Shown here: positions 9,731-21,423 of the stretch, one piece after another
Layout: every line of letters begins with the position of its first letter
How positions within the stretch are numbered: position 1 is the stretch's first letter
Assembly (NCBI GenBank): GCA_977016875.1
Contig: CDRNST010000281.1
Span: 682,001 to 746,000, forward strand
Direction: 5' to 3'
DNA length: 64,000 bases
Origin: Pavona decussata
Lineage: Eukaryota
The notes under the pieces: generated by a model
Seen by the model: the letters and a program-made list of their open reading frames with translations, nothing else
What the model was told of the DNA's origin: nothing
Databases searched by the model: none
Translations under genes and position numbers: made by a program

Positions 9731-12326
9731 TCTTCGGTTTGTCACCGGTGATATCCAGGCTCTGCTTTTCGTCTTGGTGGGGTTGCCACATTTTTGTGGC
9801 GGTGGCCGATATTTAACCCCACCTTTGCTTAAGAGATTGCGTGATGTTTATTATATCGATATTCTTGATGTCGGGTGAAATAAAAGCGTCACTTTGTGGC
9901 CAATTTATCCCACATTAGCAGTTATCATTTTATCTCCCGTCAATCTCGTCAGCAAACCAGTGCGACGTCACGCAGAGCTTCGGGTCCCGTTTCACTAGAG
10001 ACACGCGGGTTTCGTGATAAAAAACGTAATTTGGCCAAAATGTTAATCAGATATTAATGCCTTTACGTGTGTCGGGCTTTTACAAAATTCAAAAGACTAT
10101 TTCCTTGACGTGTCGCTCATGTTGAGTTTGCAGGCCTCTGAGCGCGTATTTACCCCAAAAATTAAAAACCTTGAGATTTTTACAATTTTCGTTTAATAAG
10201 CTTTATAGTTTTCCGTGGTTTAATCGAAAGAAGCGCGCGTACGCAAGATTTCCGTGGAGACACCCGTGAAACCTGTGACTAGCCCTAACAAATAGGCCTG
10301 ATCACGGTTTTCGACGCCATTTTGACGAGTAGGCAATCAGGCTTGAAATACCAGTGTTTGTTTGGAAATCCGATGTGAAATAATTTTCATAAAACATCGC
10401 TTCTGAAAAATTCATAAATTGGAAACTTTTGGCACTAAAATAATTTTCAGAAAAAAAATTGGAGAAAAGTAGGTGTGCCAGAAAGCGTCTAGTCGTGTTT
10501 TGAACTTTCAATACATTTCCCTGTATTTTTTTTTTTTCCGCGAACTATTTTTAGTAGCAGTTCACGGCTGGTTCGCTTAACAGACAAATGTAAACAAATT
10601 TTTGTGGATAATTTGTCGAAGAAGCGCTAGCATACTTAAATTTTAGTTCATTTCTCTTTCACGTGAAAACGAAACTTCACTTGAAATAAATTTTCTGTGG
10701 GGACGGAAAAGGTACCTCCAAGTATTCTTTCTGTAGGAGCTCAAAGAGTTTTTCATAGCTGGAATGATGAATACAGCATATATCTTTATCGGTTTCTTGT
10801 TGGTGCTTTTAAATTTCTCATTTAATTTATTCTATTTTTTTTTTCTATTCAAGTATGGCAGGTTGTTACCTCTCCATTTTTGATTTCCTATTCCTCTGTT
10901 CTCTTTGGGGAGCTTGGTTACAATACAAAACTGATGCCCAGCAAGGTAAGAAAACGAGTTTTAAGTTGTTGCTAATTCAAAACGTCATTAGCTGTTTTTA
11001 TGTCATCGTCTAAGACGTGAGACTTACAGACGCCTGCTTCTCTAACGTTCCGTTAACTTGCCTGGCCGTTAAACTATCAGTGCATACACAACGTTCATAG
11101 AATCGTTACTGATTATGGAAGCTAAATATTATTCTCTTTCTCTTTTAATGCAATTCATTGGGAAAAGATTCCGCTAAGCTATCACTGTCTGAACATGCAA
11201 AAAGTCAAATGGATTTTGAGCGAGAATTTTAGTTTAGGCAGAGTTCAAAATTTGAGATTTCGTGTGTGACCAAGTCTGAATGTTAATCTGACTTGTTTTA
11301 TCCTGGCACTTAAACTTTCGATCCCCATTGTCACTCGTTTTTTTAGATAAAATCTTTAATCATGACGATTTTTCTGTCTTACATACTGCTGGTTCACCAG
11401 CGGATGGGGATAAAAGCGAATGAGTTTGTGGACTGGCATGTGACATGAAGTGCGGAATGGCATAATTATGCGAAATACGAGATATGCGGAATGACTTAAA
11501 GAACTAAATTAACTAAAGAGCGCTTGTTCCTTCGCGCCAATTTTAAAAGAGTAGCAGTTTTTTCGATGTTGCGTACTCTAGCTGAATATTAAACAAGTAG
11601 AGAACTTATCAAGGATTAGAAAATAAAGACCTGGGATAGAAAATGTCTTATCTCTGGTTAGGAACAAACTGAGGGTGAAGAAATCGATGAATATGGTTTA
11701 TAGTTTTCGCATTCAAGGAACTATGAGTAAAGCGGTAGTAAGTTAAATTTCATGTTCACTTTTCTCCTTGCGACTTCGGTTGACAAAAATATTACTATGA
11801 CTATGACTACATGAAATATGTGTCTGAACTGCGGGGGAAAGATTAAATAGAAGAAAGACCTTTGCAGTTATTTACGCAACTTTTAACTAAGCAGCTGTGG
11901 AGAGAAAGCCTGTAAAACCTCAACGATGCCTGTAAAAAGTGTGATGGCTTTTAATAGCTACATGCATTGTAATGAATATGAATTCGTGCTGTCGTAAAAT
12001 GTAACGACAGATTTTGTTTGGACCCTGATCCTAATCACGCGAACATCACACCACATAACGAAAAAGGCCAATCACAAAGCCTTAGCTTTAAGTTAAAAAT
12101 CCCTTCGATCTTTCTTTCTTTCTCCCTTTGAAAGAATTTTTTATTCATCCTTGATTTTTCATTTTATTTTATTTAATCAAGTTTCAGATTTACAATCAAA
12201 TCAAATCAACCGTTCAATCTGAGGTAGGCTTAAAACAGAGTACCAGACCCCTTAAAAATAAGCCACCTACTATTACATCATTAATTATAACAGTGTTTAT
12301 GACTAAGAACTTTATTTTTTTCGTAG

Positions 12327-12580
12327 GGAGCTGTCGAACTATCAAATTTCTGCCACCTCAGCATGGCTTTTACCTGGAAGGTCACATAATTTTGAATCTG
12401 ACCATTGAAAACAAGTTCCGATTATGTGAACATCATTGCCTTATGGAGAGTGACTGCGTTTCAGTCAACATTGGACCACCAATTGATAACAAAATAATTT
12501 GTGAGTTGAGTAATTCGGATCACTTCCAGCATCCGGAAGACGTAATAAGGAGGCCTGACTGGACATATGGAGCCACTGAG
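12327..12580 (+). CDS. Gene A exon 2, PAN/apple-like domain
   Basis: YLEGH...CEHHCLMESDCVSVNIG...CELSNSDH; acceptor tcgtag, donor gtatga. Same 254-nt length as paralog exon 40165-40418. Confidence 0.85.
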
Positions 12581-12879
12581 GTATGAATTGTAGATCTGAA
12601 AAAATAAATAAATAGTTATGCGTTTGAAAATAACGGGGTTTTTAACATCTCTAAAAAAGTGTGATAATTCAAACTGAACTGAACTGAACTTTTGATTGGC
12701 TAATTGCAACAGATTTAACAACTCATAATCCCGCTCCAAGGACAAAAACTTCCCGGGACCAAACATGGTCAACAAACTGGTTAGATAAGAAGTGAACTTT
12801 GCTCAAAAGCATAGCGAATCAACTTGTAGGGAAAATCACTGATTTAGCGGACTTAGGTAGGAAATAAGTGTCGATACTA

Positions 12880-13119
12880 AGGGTGTTTTCCGTTTGTCAG
12901 AACTGTCCAGCCAGTTCATTTATTTTGCAAACGGAACGCTCCAATTCGAATGACAGTTTTTGCGCTACACTTTTCAATTGGTTCAAAATGACACACTAGA
13001 TCTCAGAAGGTGTCATTTTGAATAATTCAAGGAATCAGCCCTTCAAACAATGATAGACTCCATTGATGAATCAGACGAGCCAGTCTGGCTGGTCAGTTCT
13101 GACAAATGGAAAACACCCT
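12880..13119. mobile_element. MITE in intron 2, shared with the paralog (about 40717-40941)
   Basis: TIR AGGGTGTTTTCCGTTTGTCAGAACTG / CAGTTCTGACAAATGGAAAACACCCT. Present at the same position in both gene copies. Confidence 0.8.
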
Positions 13120-14441
13120 AGTATTGACATTTAAATCAAAATGAATGCTTAATTTTTGAACGGTGAATTGTTTAAAAAACATCTAAGGGCCTGCTACAGC
13201 GCCGTTTTGAGATATAAGACTTTACGTTAATTCGGCTCTTGAACTCTAGTTTTCAAGTTGTCTTATGAAAAAGAAATCTTTTTCTTTACTGAAATACTAC
13301 AAGATCCAAAACACTACACAAAATAAACAACACCAAATGGCAGGCACATCGTACTCCTTTCGTTTTATCGAAATTGTATGTTGAAATTATTCAGCTGTGC
13401 CTCGAGCAGCTGAAGCATATCGCAAGTCTTAGCGCCTTTCTTGGTTAGTCATGTGATTGACACTTTGCTTTCGCTTTGCTTTTACTTTTCACTTTTTCCC
13501 TGCATTTACATTTATAGTAGGTTTTAACCAAAAAAAAATATTTTACGCGGACTTGCTTTTAATTAAGTAATTATAACCAGTTCAGTACTATGTGCCTCCT
13601 TCGTCAGTTTAAATTTGATATTGTGACCTAGCTTGAGAGAATAGAAGCGGTGTAATACAAAGGTGTTTATTTTTTGCCCATCAGAATCTTTGCTCGATCA
13701 TGAAACCTTGCATCAACAACGCCTGTCTGGCTACACTGACAAAAAGTACCTCTGTGTATGTGCATCCGGATTTACAGGAGGAAATTGTGAAAAAGGTAAA
13801 TACTATAAGTTTATTTAGCTCATTTAGTCAGCTATAATTTGCCCTTCGATTTTCGATTGCGACAGAAAGGATCAAGGGACATTTTTAAACCACTTTGTTG
13901 CAAAGTTGAAGACAAATTTGCTACGCACTGATTTAAAGTACAACTTAGTCTATTCGAGAAAAGAACTTGTTAAAATTTCTATTATGACCAGAATGAGTTG
14001 TCATTTTTGGCCTGAAAATTACGTCACCAAGTTCGCACTTAAGTTTATTCTTACTAATACTCAGTGAAACAGCCAACTACTCAATGCTATGAAATAGATG
14101 ATAAGTACACGATGAAAATTCTCGGATTTTTAAAGTGACTTAATCAAGCTATATCATGCTTATTAGACCTATTGTCACTGAAAAGCCTTCTTTAGGGAGT
14201 ACCATTGAAGGTTGTATTGTATTGTATTGAANNNNNNNNNNNNNNNNNNNNNNNNNNNNNNNNNNNNNNNNNNNNNNNNNNNNNNNNNNNNNNNNNNNNN
14301 NNNNNNNNNNNNNNNNNNNNNNNNNNNNNNNNNNNNNNNNNNNNNNNNNNNNNNNNNNNNNNNNNNNNNNNNNNNNNNNNNNNNNNNNNNNNNNNNNNNN
14401 NNNNNNNNNNNNNNNNNNNNNNNNNNNNNNNNNNNNNNNNN

Positions 14442-17400
14442 TCCTTACTGTCATTTCCTTACTTTTTGTCATTTCCTTACAAAAAAAGTGTCATTTCCTT
14501 ACAGTAAGAAAATGACAATGTCATTTCCTGACAAAAAAATTGTCATTTCCTTACAGTAAGGAAATGACAATGTCATTTCCTTACAAAAAAGTGTCATTTC
14601 CTTACCTCAATTTTGTCATTTCCTTACAAGTAAGGAAATGACAATGTAATGTCCCTACCACAAATTGCATTTTCCTTACATTGTCATTTTCTTACAGGAA
14701 CATTTTCTCTTCTTTATGGGGAATCATTAACAAAGACACTACTTTCGACGACTTACCTGTTTGCAGTAATTTCTGACTAAAACTGTCTTCATTCAGTGCT
14801 TTTTGTTAAAATTATGGCCCGTTTCAAATCAACGATTGGTCAGCCTTCATCCAGTTAGATGCCTTTATTTACACTAGGTTTTCTGGTTCAGGTTTTTGGC
14901 AAAAGTAAGAACTGATATCATTATAGGCCCTGGCAATAAATATAGACTAATAGTAAAATACGTTGGATGTGATTATATTTTACACAATACAACTAAATAA
15001 TAATTGCAAAGCTGTGCTTAAATGAAATCAACAAATTAAAGTTAAAACTACTCCTGTATACGGACATGATAGTTAAATGGCTTTTTCCGCGCATTCAAAT
15101 AATTGTTATAAAGGGCAATCTGAGGTGAATACTTACTTGTCCTCCAAAAGAATGAAATAATTTAGTAAAGCCAAGATGAGCCAATGAAACGTAATGCAAG
15201 CACGCTAGTGAGGGCATTACATATTGGCACTGTCGCAGTTGGAACCGAACACTCGGGCAGTTGAAAACCTTGCAAGATTGGATACATAAGTTTCTATACC
15301 CCAATTCTCAGGGAACGGTTTTGTTTTACTGAAACTAATGATAATAAAAATGGTAAAAAGAGAAAGGCAGAGAGGTTGCAAACTGATGTCACTGCGCTCT
15401 CCAAAGAAAAGAAAGAAAAAGAGCGACAAAGACAGCAATTTTGGTACGGAAACAGAATCTACCGACTGTTCTGAGAATTAGGAATCTGAGTCAAAGAGTT
15501 CTGAAGACGACCCTGAATACGACCCTGCTCAGGAAGCGTTTTTCGAAAAGGGTCAAAAAGACGTAGACGACATGTCAACATTCGGCTCAGATTCTGAGGG
15601 CGTTGAAGAAGTAGTAACAAGCCGAAAAAGCGAGACTAAATGGGAGGACTAGCTATAACCAACAAGCTGAAATGCACCACAGTCTTCGAGAGAAATCCCT
15701 TGGCCAGTTCGAATTCTATAGGTTCCAGGGTCATATTGCGGGTGGGGACACACCTGTCGCACAAGCACTTAACAACACGAGGCACGTCCATATTATACTC
15801 CAAGAGTTGGACTGACATGGAACAGGTTTGGATTGTGTAGCGCGGGACACGTCCTTTGACATTTGGGACAAATGAGCCAGACCAAGACTAAGAAAAAAAA
15901 AACCTCAAAGGAACCACCATCAGGCTCTACTTCTGTTCCTTGGAGAGCTTTTTGAAGTGGGTCAAGGAATGTAAGAATCCAATCGAAGACCAAGACGAGC
16001 AAGAAGATAGCAAACTGACAGAGAATGGGCTACTTTTTTGTCGCTGGTCCCTTGGGAGGCCTAAAGCATTCTCAGGGGACGTTTTCGGACACACTGATTC
16101 CATTGGGAAAGGATTCAATTCCAAAAGGAATATTCGTATTGAGTCCAAAAATTGACTTTTTTCGAAAGGGTAGGTTCAGGGGTTTTTGGTCAAAAATAAG
16201 CCAACTTTGAAGTTTGATCATTTCTGTGAAGTTTGAACTTTGTGATATGAAAAAGTTTTTTTTCCTGCAAATGTATTCTTACCCGTTCAATAGATGTCAG
16301 TTTCATTTAGATTTCATGTCTCCATCTTTAGGTCAAAGGGATTTTTTTATGTTTGTGTTATGTGTACACCATTGTTCTCGTTAAAAGGCATTTTTGTTAA
16401 AACACATGGGGGCGAGCCCCAGTACTCAAAACTGGCATCTTACTGTGGTTTCTATTCTAGGCACCTGTTAACCCTCTCTAGACCGAGGGGGGAGGGGGAT
16501 TCTGCCCGCTTTGATTTTGAACCTTTATAACCTTTTTAACTTTTAATATGCAAGCAAACACCACCAAACTCAGTAACTATTTTTAAAACTTGCCTGTTAA
16601 CAAATTAGTACGGTCGGTGAATGACCTTGACATTTGACGTTGCCATGGTAACCAAATTTTCACAATTTTTACAAAATTCTAGCTCCGCAATTGCTTGGAA
16701 GGATTTTTTTTCAGAGGAGCATAGTAATTACGTTTACATCATTCCCGTAAACATAAAAAAACAAGACTTTTCAAAAAAAGTAAAATCTTCCTGCCCGTGA
16801 TATTCTCAAAACTGTCATTTCCTTACCTAAATTGAGACCAATTTCTTTTGTAATAAGATCAGAAATGAAAAAGAAGCTAAGACATTGAGGTAAAGCTTGC
16901 GTCTCCTTCCGTGAATACTTATTATGGATGTCAACTCAAAGTTCTCTTTCACAGGGCAAAGATATCAACCAACAAAGAAATTGTCATTTCCTTACAATTT
17001 TTACAGAAAACACAGTTACCTTTCCCTCGTTGTGAAGCCATTCGTTTGTGACAAATGCTCAATTTCTTTGCATGGCCTTTAGTTGTGTATGTCTGGCTTT
17101 CAGCACCTACTATGGTGAATTTATATGATTTAAATCCAGCACGGTGGAGGGATTTGTACTTGTGAGTTATTTTTGGTTGAAAATTGAACACCTAGAGTGC
17201 TTTGCAATGCGAGAGGATTGCACTAATGACAATTAAGTCTTATGTGTCAACGAATGTAGTATTAATAGGCAAGAACAAGTCTTATATTTATAGGTAGGTC
17301 CGAGTAGTTGAGTGCTTAATAAAAAAAAGATACACGAATGTAGAGTTCCTTGAATTTAGAATAAAATTGTCATTTCCTTACCTTTAAAAACAAGAAAAAA

Positions 17401-18116
17401 ATTGTCAAAAATTTGTAAAACGTTCGAAAATGCTTATTTCTTAACTGGCACTTTCATTCGTCCTAAACTTTCTAGAAAACAAGCGGGACTTGTTTATCAT
17501 CTAATCTGCGGTTCATTTTGAAGAAGAAAGCGATATTCTAGAAACTGTCATTTCCTTACCTATTGAACATTTCGTCTTAAAACTTTCATTACTTCTATAA
17601 TACTCGTGCCATTTACATGATAACCTCACGAAGTGTAGCATACATTGATAGCTATTATGTCACAAAAGACCAGGCATTATCATCTATTTTTAGTCCTTCT
17701 AGAGACATTTAACTCAAAAATGGCAATTCCGTCTTGAGGTTGACTTTGAAACCTGTACTAGACATTATACTTGCACTAGATTTTTTTTTTCGTCAAAAGG
17801 TCGCTTTTCTGAAACATGGATGATAACGTGGGGAATACAAATGAAGCTGTGGGGAATGACTTTATCATCTGTTAGGCAAATTTGCAAAGTTCTAGCAATT
17901 TTTCTTCCTAGATTCCCCAATTTTCGTCATTTCCTTACCTTTTGAAAATTTCAATACGCCATTTCTCGCTGGCAGTTAAGGCAACATTGCTGTTCTTTTA
18001 GCACAAATAACATCGGCACCAGAAGTTTGCTTTGTGAAAAAATTAGGGGTTTCCCATGTAAAATGCACATTTTACAAACAATTTTATGATTATCATGAGA
18101 AAGGTAAGGACATGAC
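14442..18116. mobile_element. Decayed ~4 kb element with many copies of TGTCATTTCCTTAC, probably a DNA transposon with subterminal repeats
   Basis: Dense motif cluster in both orientations at 14449-14700, scattered copies near 16813, 16982, 17368, 17546 and 17926, and an inverted copy at about 18104. N gaps abut both ends. Acidic ORF remnants at about 15430-16030. Confidence 0.5.
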
Positions 18117-18299
18117 NNNNNNNNNNNNNNNNNNNNNNNNNNNNNNNNNNNNNNNNNNNNNNNNNNNNNNNNNNNNNNNNNNNNNNNNNNNNNNNNNNNN
18201 NNNNNNNNNNNNNNNNNNNNNNNNNNNNNNNNNNNNNNNNNNNNNNNNNNNNNNNNNNNNNNNNNNNNNNNNNNNNNNNNNNCTCATCGAATTACAGCA

Positions 18300-19044
18300 A
18301 TATTATTATTATTCATTGATTTTTACCTAAATAAAACCCCATCAAACTATATCATAAAAAAAAAGAAACAAGACAAAGTATGTATAAAAATCATAGGACC
18401 TAGATTTTGGCGAGGCATCTATCTAATTCGAAGTCTGCGTCTCGAACGTTGCTTCCAATTACTCTTCTGACTGTTCTTGACCCTCTTAGACAGAGTAAAG
18501 CGGACCTAAGGATTGCAAAGGATACTTTAGAACGTATTCAAGAGACAGTGGTGGCATAGTTCCCTCCTTTCTTCGCTACGACTAGCTCTGCCAGCCTGTC
18601 ATGGTATCTCTTGCACTCCTCTCCCATGCCGCCTGTTGTTATAAAGACTAATGGTGTAAATGTTCCCTGTTCCACGTCCATCACTCTTTGCGTATACAAT
18701 CTCTTCTTGTCGTTCTCGTGCTGCTTGTATATCTGCTTGAGGTCCAGGTCTCTATAAGAACCAGCGTTGGGGTAACATACCCGTACATCAAAGAACGCTG
18801 ACCTTTGTCTTTTCCAAAAACCTCTGGCATGGATGTCTAGGCGAGCGTTGGGAGCTCTGTTAGCTCCGCTTGGAAGCGACTCTCCCGTGAGTTCCTGGAG
18901 GACGGGCTCAATCTCGACATCATTGCAGACCATGCCGAGCATGTCTGCCTCAAGATCTCTTAGCTCATTATGGCGCTGTATTATGAAGCCGCCACGCCTG
19001 CAGACCATGGCATGACCAACATTAAAGACATCGCCACACACGCA
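18300..19044 (-). mobile_element. 5'-truncated non-LTR retrotransposon with restriction-like endonuclease (CRE-like)
   Basis: CVCG...HAMVCRRGG...RHNELRD zinc knuckle and [10 protein letters not shown]...AFFDVRV endonuclease motifs. (AAT)n tail on the minus strand. Confidence 0.75.
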
Positions 19045-19533
19045 AATAATAATAATAAAAGGAAAAATACGGGGCCTATCAAGGATGTATTGTTGATATT
19101 TTAGCCCAGTACATCGAAATCTTTTTTCTTCAGATGTTGATGAATGCAACAGGAAATTGGGCCCTTGCCACACGAATGCCATTTGTGAAAACACCAAAGG
19201 ATCGTACAAATGCAGTTGTAAACCTGGATTTACCGGAGATGCATATTCTTGTCAAGGTATGGATAACTTTTCGTTATCTACAGCTTACATTACCGTCTGA
19301 AAGTAATTTGTCTACTAAACACGCTTTTGCACGCTTGAGAAGCGCACTTCGTAGTTTTAAAAACCAATATTACTAATAACGTTTATTACCGTAACATCGA
19401 GCACGCATCTGTTACCAAGCTCGCTGGCAGCTCAACACGTGGCTATACAAAACAACACAATGCCTGCATTTAGCGTACTCAAAAGGAGCTCAAGGCGTGG
19501 TCCATTTTTGAGGTAAACGGTTGATTCAACTAA

Positions 19534-19957
19534 GGAGGTGTTTGCATGGTACCAGCGCGACTTTCATTCCGGTACGAGTTCACTCCAGTTCATTTTTGTG
19601 GATCTGTATTCGTTTACATGATATAAACACAAAATGTCATACCAGATCGAGTCATACCGGTGCGAGTTCACCCAGGTAACTGTGGTGGAGGGAGATTTTC
19701 ATTCCAATATGAAAACTCATTCCGATCGATGTAATGTAAACGCGTTGCGGCTGTTCGCTCTAGCATGAAATCACTCTCCTGGGAGTCTGGAACAGGTAGT
19801 GCATGCGCAGTCCTCGGTATCCAATCCAAATATAATGGCGTGACAATCACGTCGGTCGACATGAAGTGTCCTAGCTTTCAGGTAAACACGGTATGAAATC
19901 ACTGTCACACCGGTATCAAACCCGCACTGCTGCGAGTCTTCACATGTAAACACCCTC
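19534..19957. mobile_element. MITE, Harbinger-like
   Basis: Ends GGAGGTGTTTGCATG / CATGTAAACACCCTC, with TAA on both flanks. Confidence 0.7.
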
Positions 19958-20609
19958 TAAGATGTTTGGATTTAAGGGGGCACTGTCACGTATATTTTAC
20001 TGTATTTTGGTCAAAACTGTTCAAATATTTGACAAAGAATCTTATTTGTAACGTGTAATCGCTCTTACAACACCGGAACGAAAATATTAAGGTTTTTCTC
20101 TAAGGAAGAACAAACTATTTTTTCAAGTAGCAACCATTTGCATTCACATCCACAGCATCCACAGCCAAACATAATTAACAGTAGTTTCTGTGAACTAGTA
20201 GGCTTACTGTTAACAAAAGCCAACCATTATTTTAACGATTCCATTGAAACAAATTTGTCTTTTAGCTATTCGCAGTGACACTAAAAAATAGGCGACACTG
20301 TACTTAGCTAGTTGTCATGAGAAAGTGGCTAGGTCTAAATGAGTACCTTAAAACTACAGGATGACCGTTTAGATGGACCGTTAGAGTCCATCATTGGAGC
20401 CATATCTTCCAAAAGTGAATAATAATTAAATTGCTGTATGTGGTCATCAATCTTTCTCCTCCAGATATAGATGAATGCTCGGAGAGTTCTTCCTGTCCGT
20501 TGGATGCAACATGCAATAACACTGAAGGATCATACGAATGCATCTGTCCGGTTGGATATCAACATTTTGGAAATACCTGTGCAGGTAGTTTTTGTATATT
20601 TTTATTTTA

Positions 20610-20850
20610 AGACATGACAATATACAGCTATTTTAATTAACGTTGTCAGATATTAAAGCCTCAAGCTTACCCAACAACAAGGTAGTATAGATAGCTTTAA
20701 ACCTTCACAATTCAGTTGTAATTTCAAGAGTCGTCACGAAATTACAACCGAATTTGGAAGGTTTAAAGCTACCTATACTACCCTTATAGCTTAAGGGTTT
20801 AATATCCGAAAACGTTAATTGAAATATACTGTATATATGTTTGTCTCAAG
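20610..20850. repeat. ~240-bp imperfect palindrome (hairpin-type MITE)
   Basis: Arms such as GGTAGTATAGATAGCTTTAAACCTTC / GAAGGTTTAAAGCTACCTATACTACC and GTTGTAATTTC / GAAATTACAAC around a short centre near 20730. Confidence 0.8.
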
Positions 20851-21333
20851 AGCTCAATTAGCTCATCTAGATATACATGCGTGTAGATAGCGTTCCTGTC
20901 AACGTTACTATTTTCTACCTGACAGTGTAACAGGGGCATCGTGCTGTTGAAATTTAAGTTTTAACTTAGTCTAGGAAACAAGTTTTTATTATCTTTCCTC
21001 GGATCGCCGTTGGGAAATCAAAGAAACCATTGGTGTAAATTAACACATGCAATAATGTGATCAGTGATTCTGTTGATATTTTAGATATCGATGAATGCAC
21101 TCAAGGATTTCATGACTGCCTCCCAAGCCTTGCTAACTGCACAAATACTGTTGGTTCATAAAGCTGTTCTTGTAACCCTGGATACGTGGGGGATGGAAAG
21201 AAAAGCTGCAGGCCTGAAGGTGAGACTGTACAATTCCTTTACATCATATAAAGTGGACATTTTTACGGAACTAGTAATAGTCTCCAGTTACTTGAAATTA
21301 GGTTCTATATATCCCCTAAAGAGCCAGTACGTG

Positions 21334-21335
<2 letters not shown>

Positions 21336-21382
<47 letters not shown>

Positions 21383-21383
21383 G

Positions 21384-21423
<40 letters not shown>
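21336..21423. repeat. (TTA)n microsatellite at the 3' end of the adjacent LINE
   Basis: Directly visible trinucleotide run. Confidence 0.95.

Larger units (their letters stand above)
3531..9936 (+). mobile_element. Tyrosine-recombinase retrotransposon (DIRS/Ngaro-like): SGNH hydrolase, gag, RT/RNase H, YR; decayed copy
   Basis: Co-oriented ORFs with SGNH, gag zinc-finger, RT, RNase H and YR motifs. AATAAA near 9879. Identical 10-mer ATTTTATCTC at 3531-3540 and 9927-9936 taken as boundaries. The whole block is absent from the paralogous site at 38024/38025. Confidence 0.9.

Noticed and set aside
14149-14559. ORFs spanning N runs (also near 18100, 22700, 24500, 33800 and 58900)
   Set aside because: Artefacts of gaps or masked sequence.
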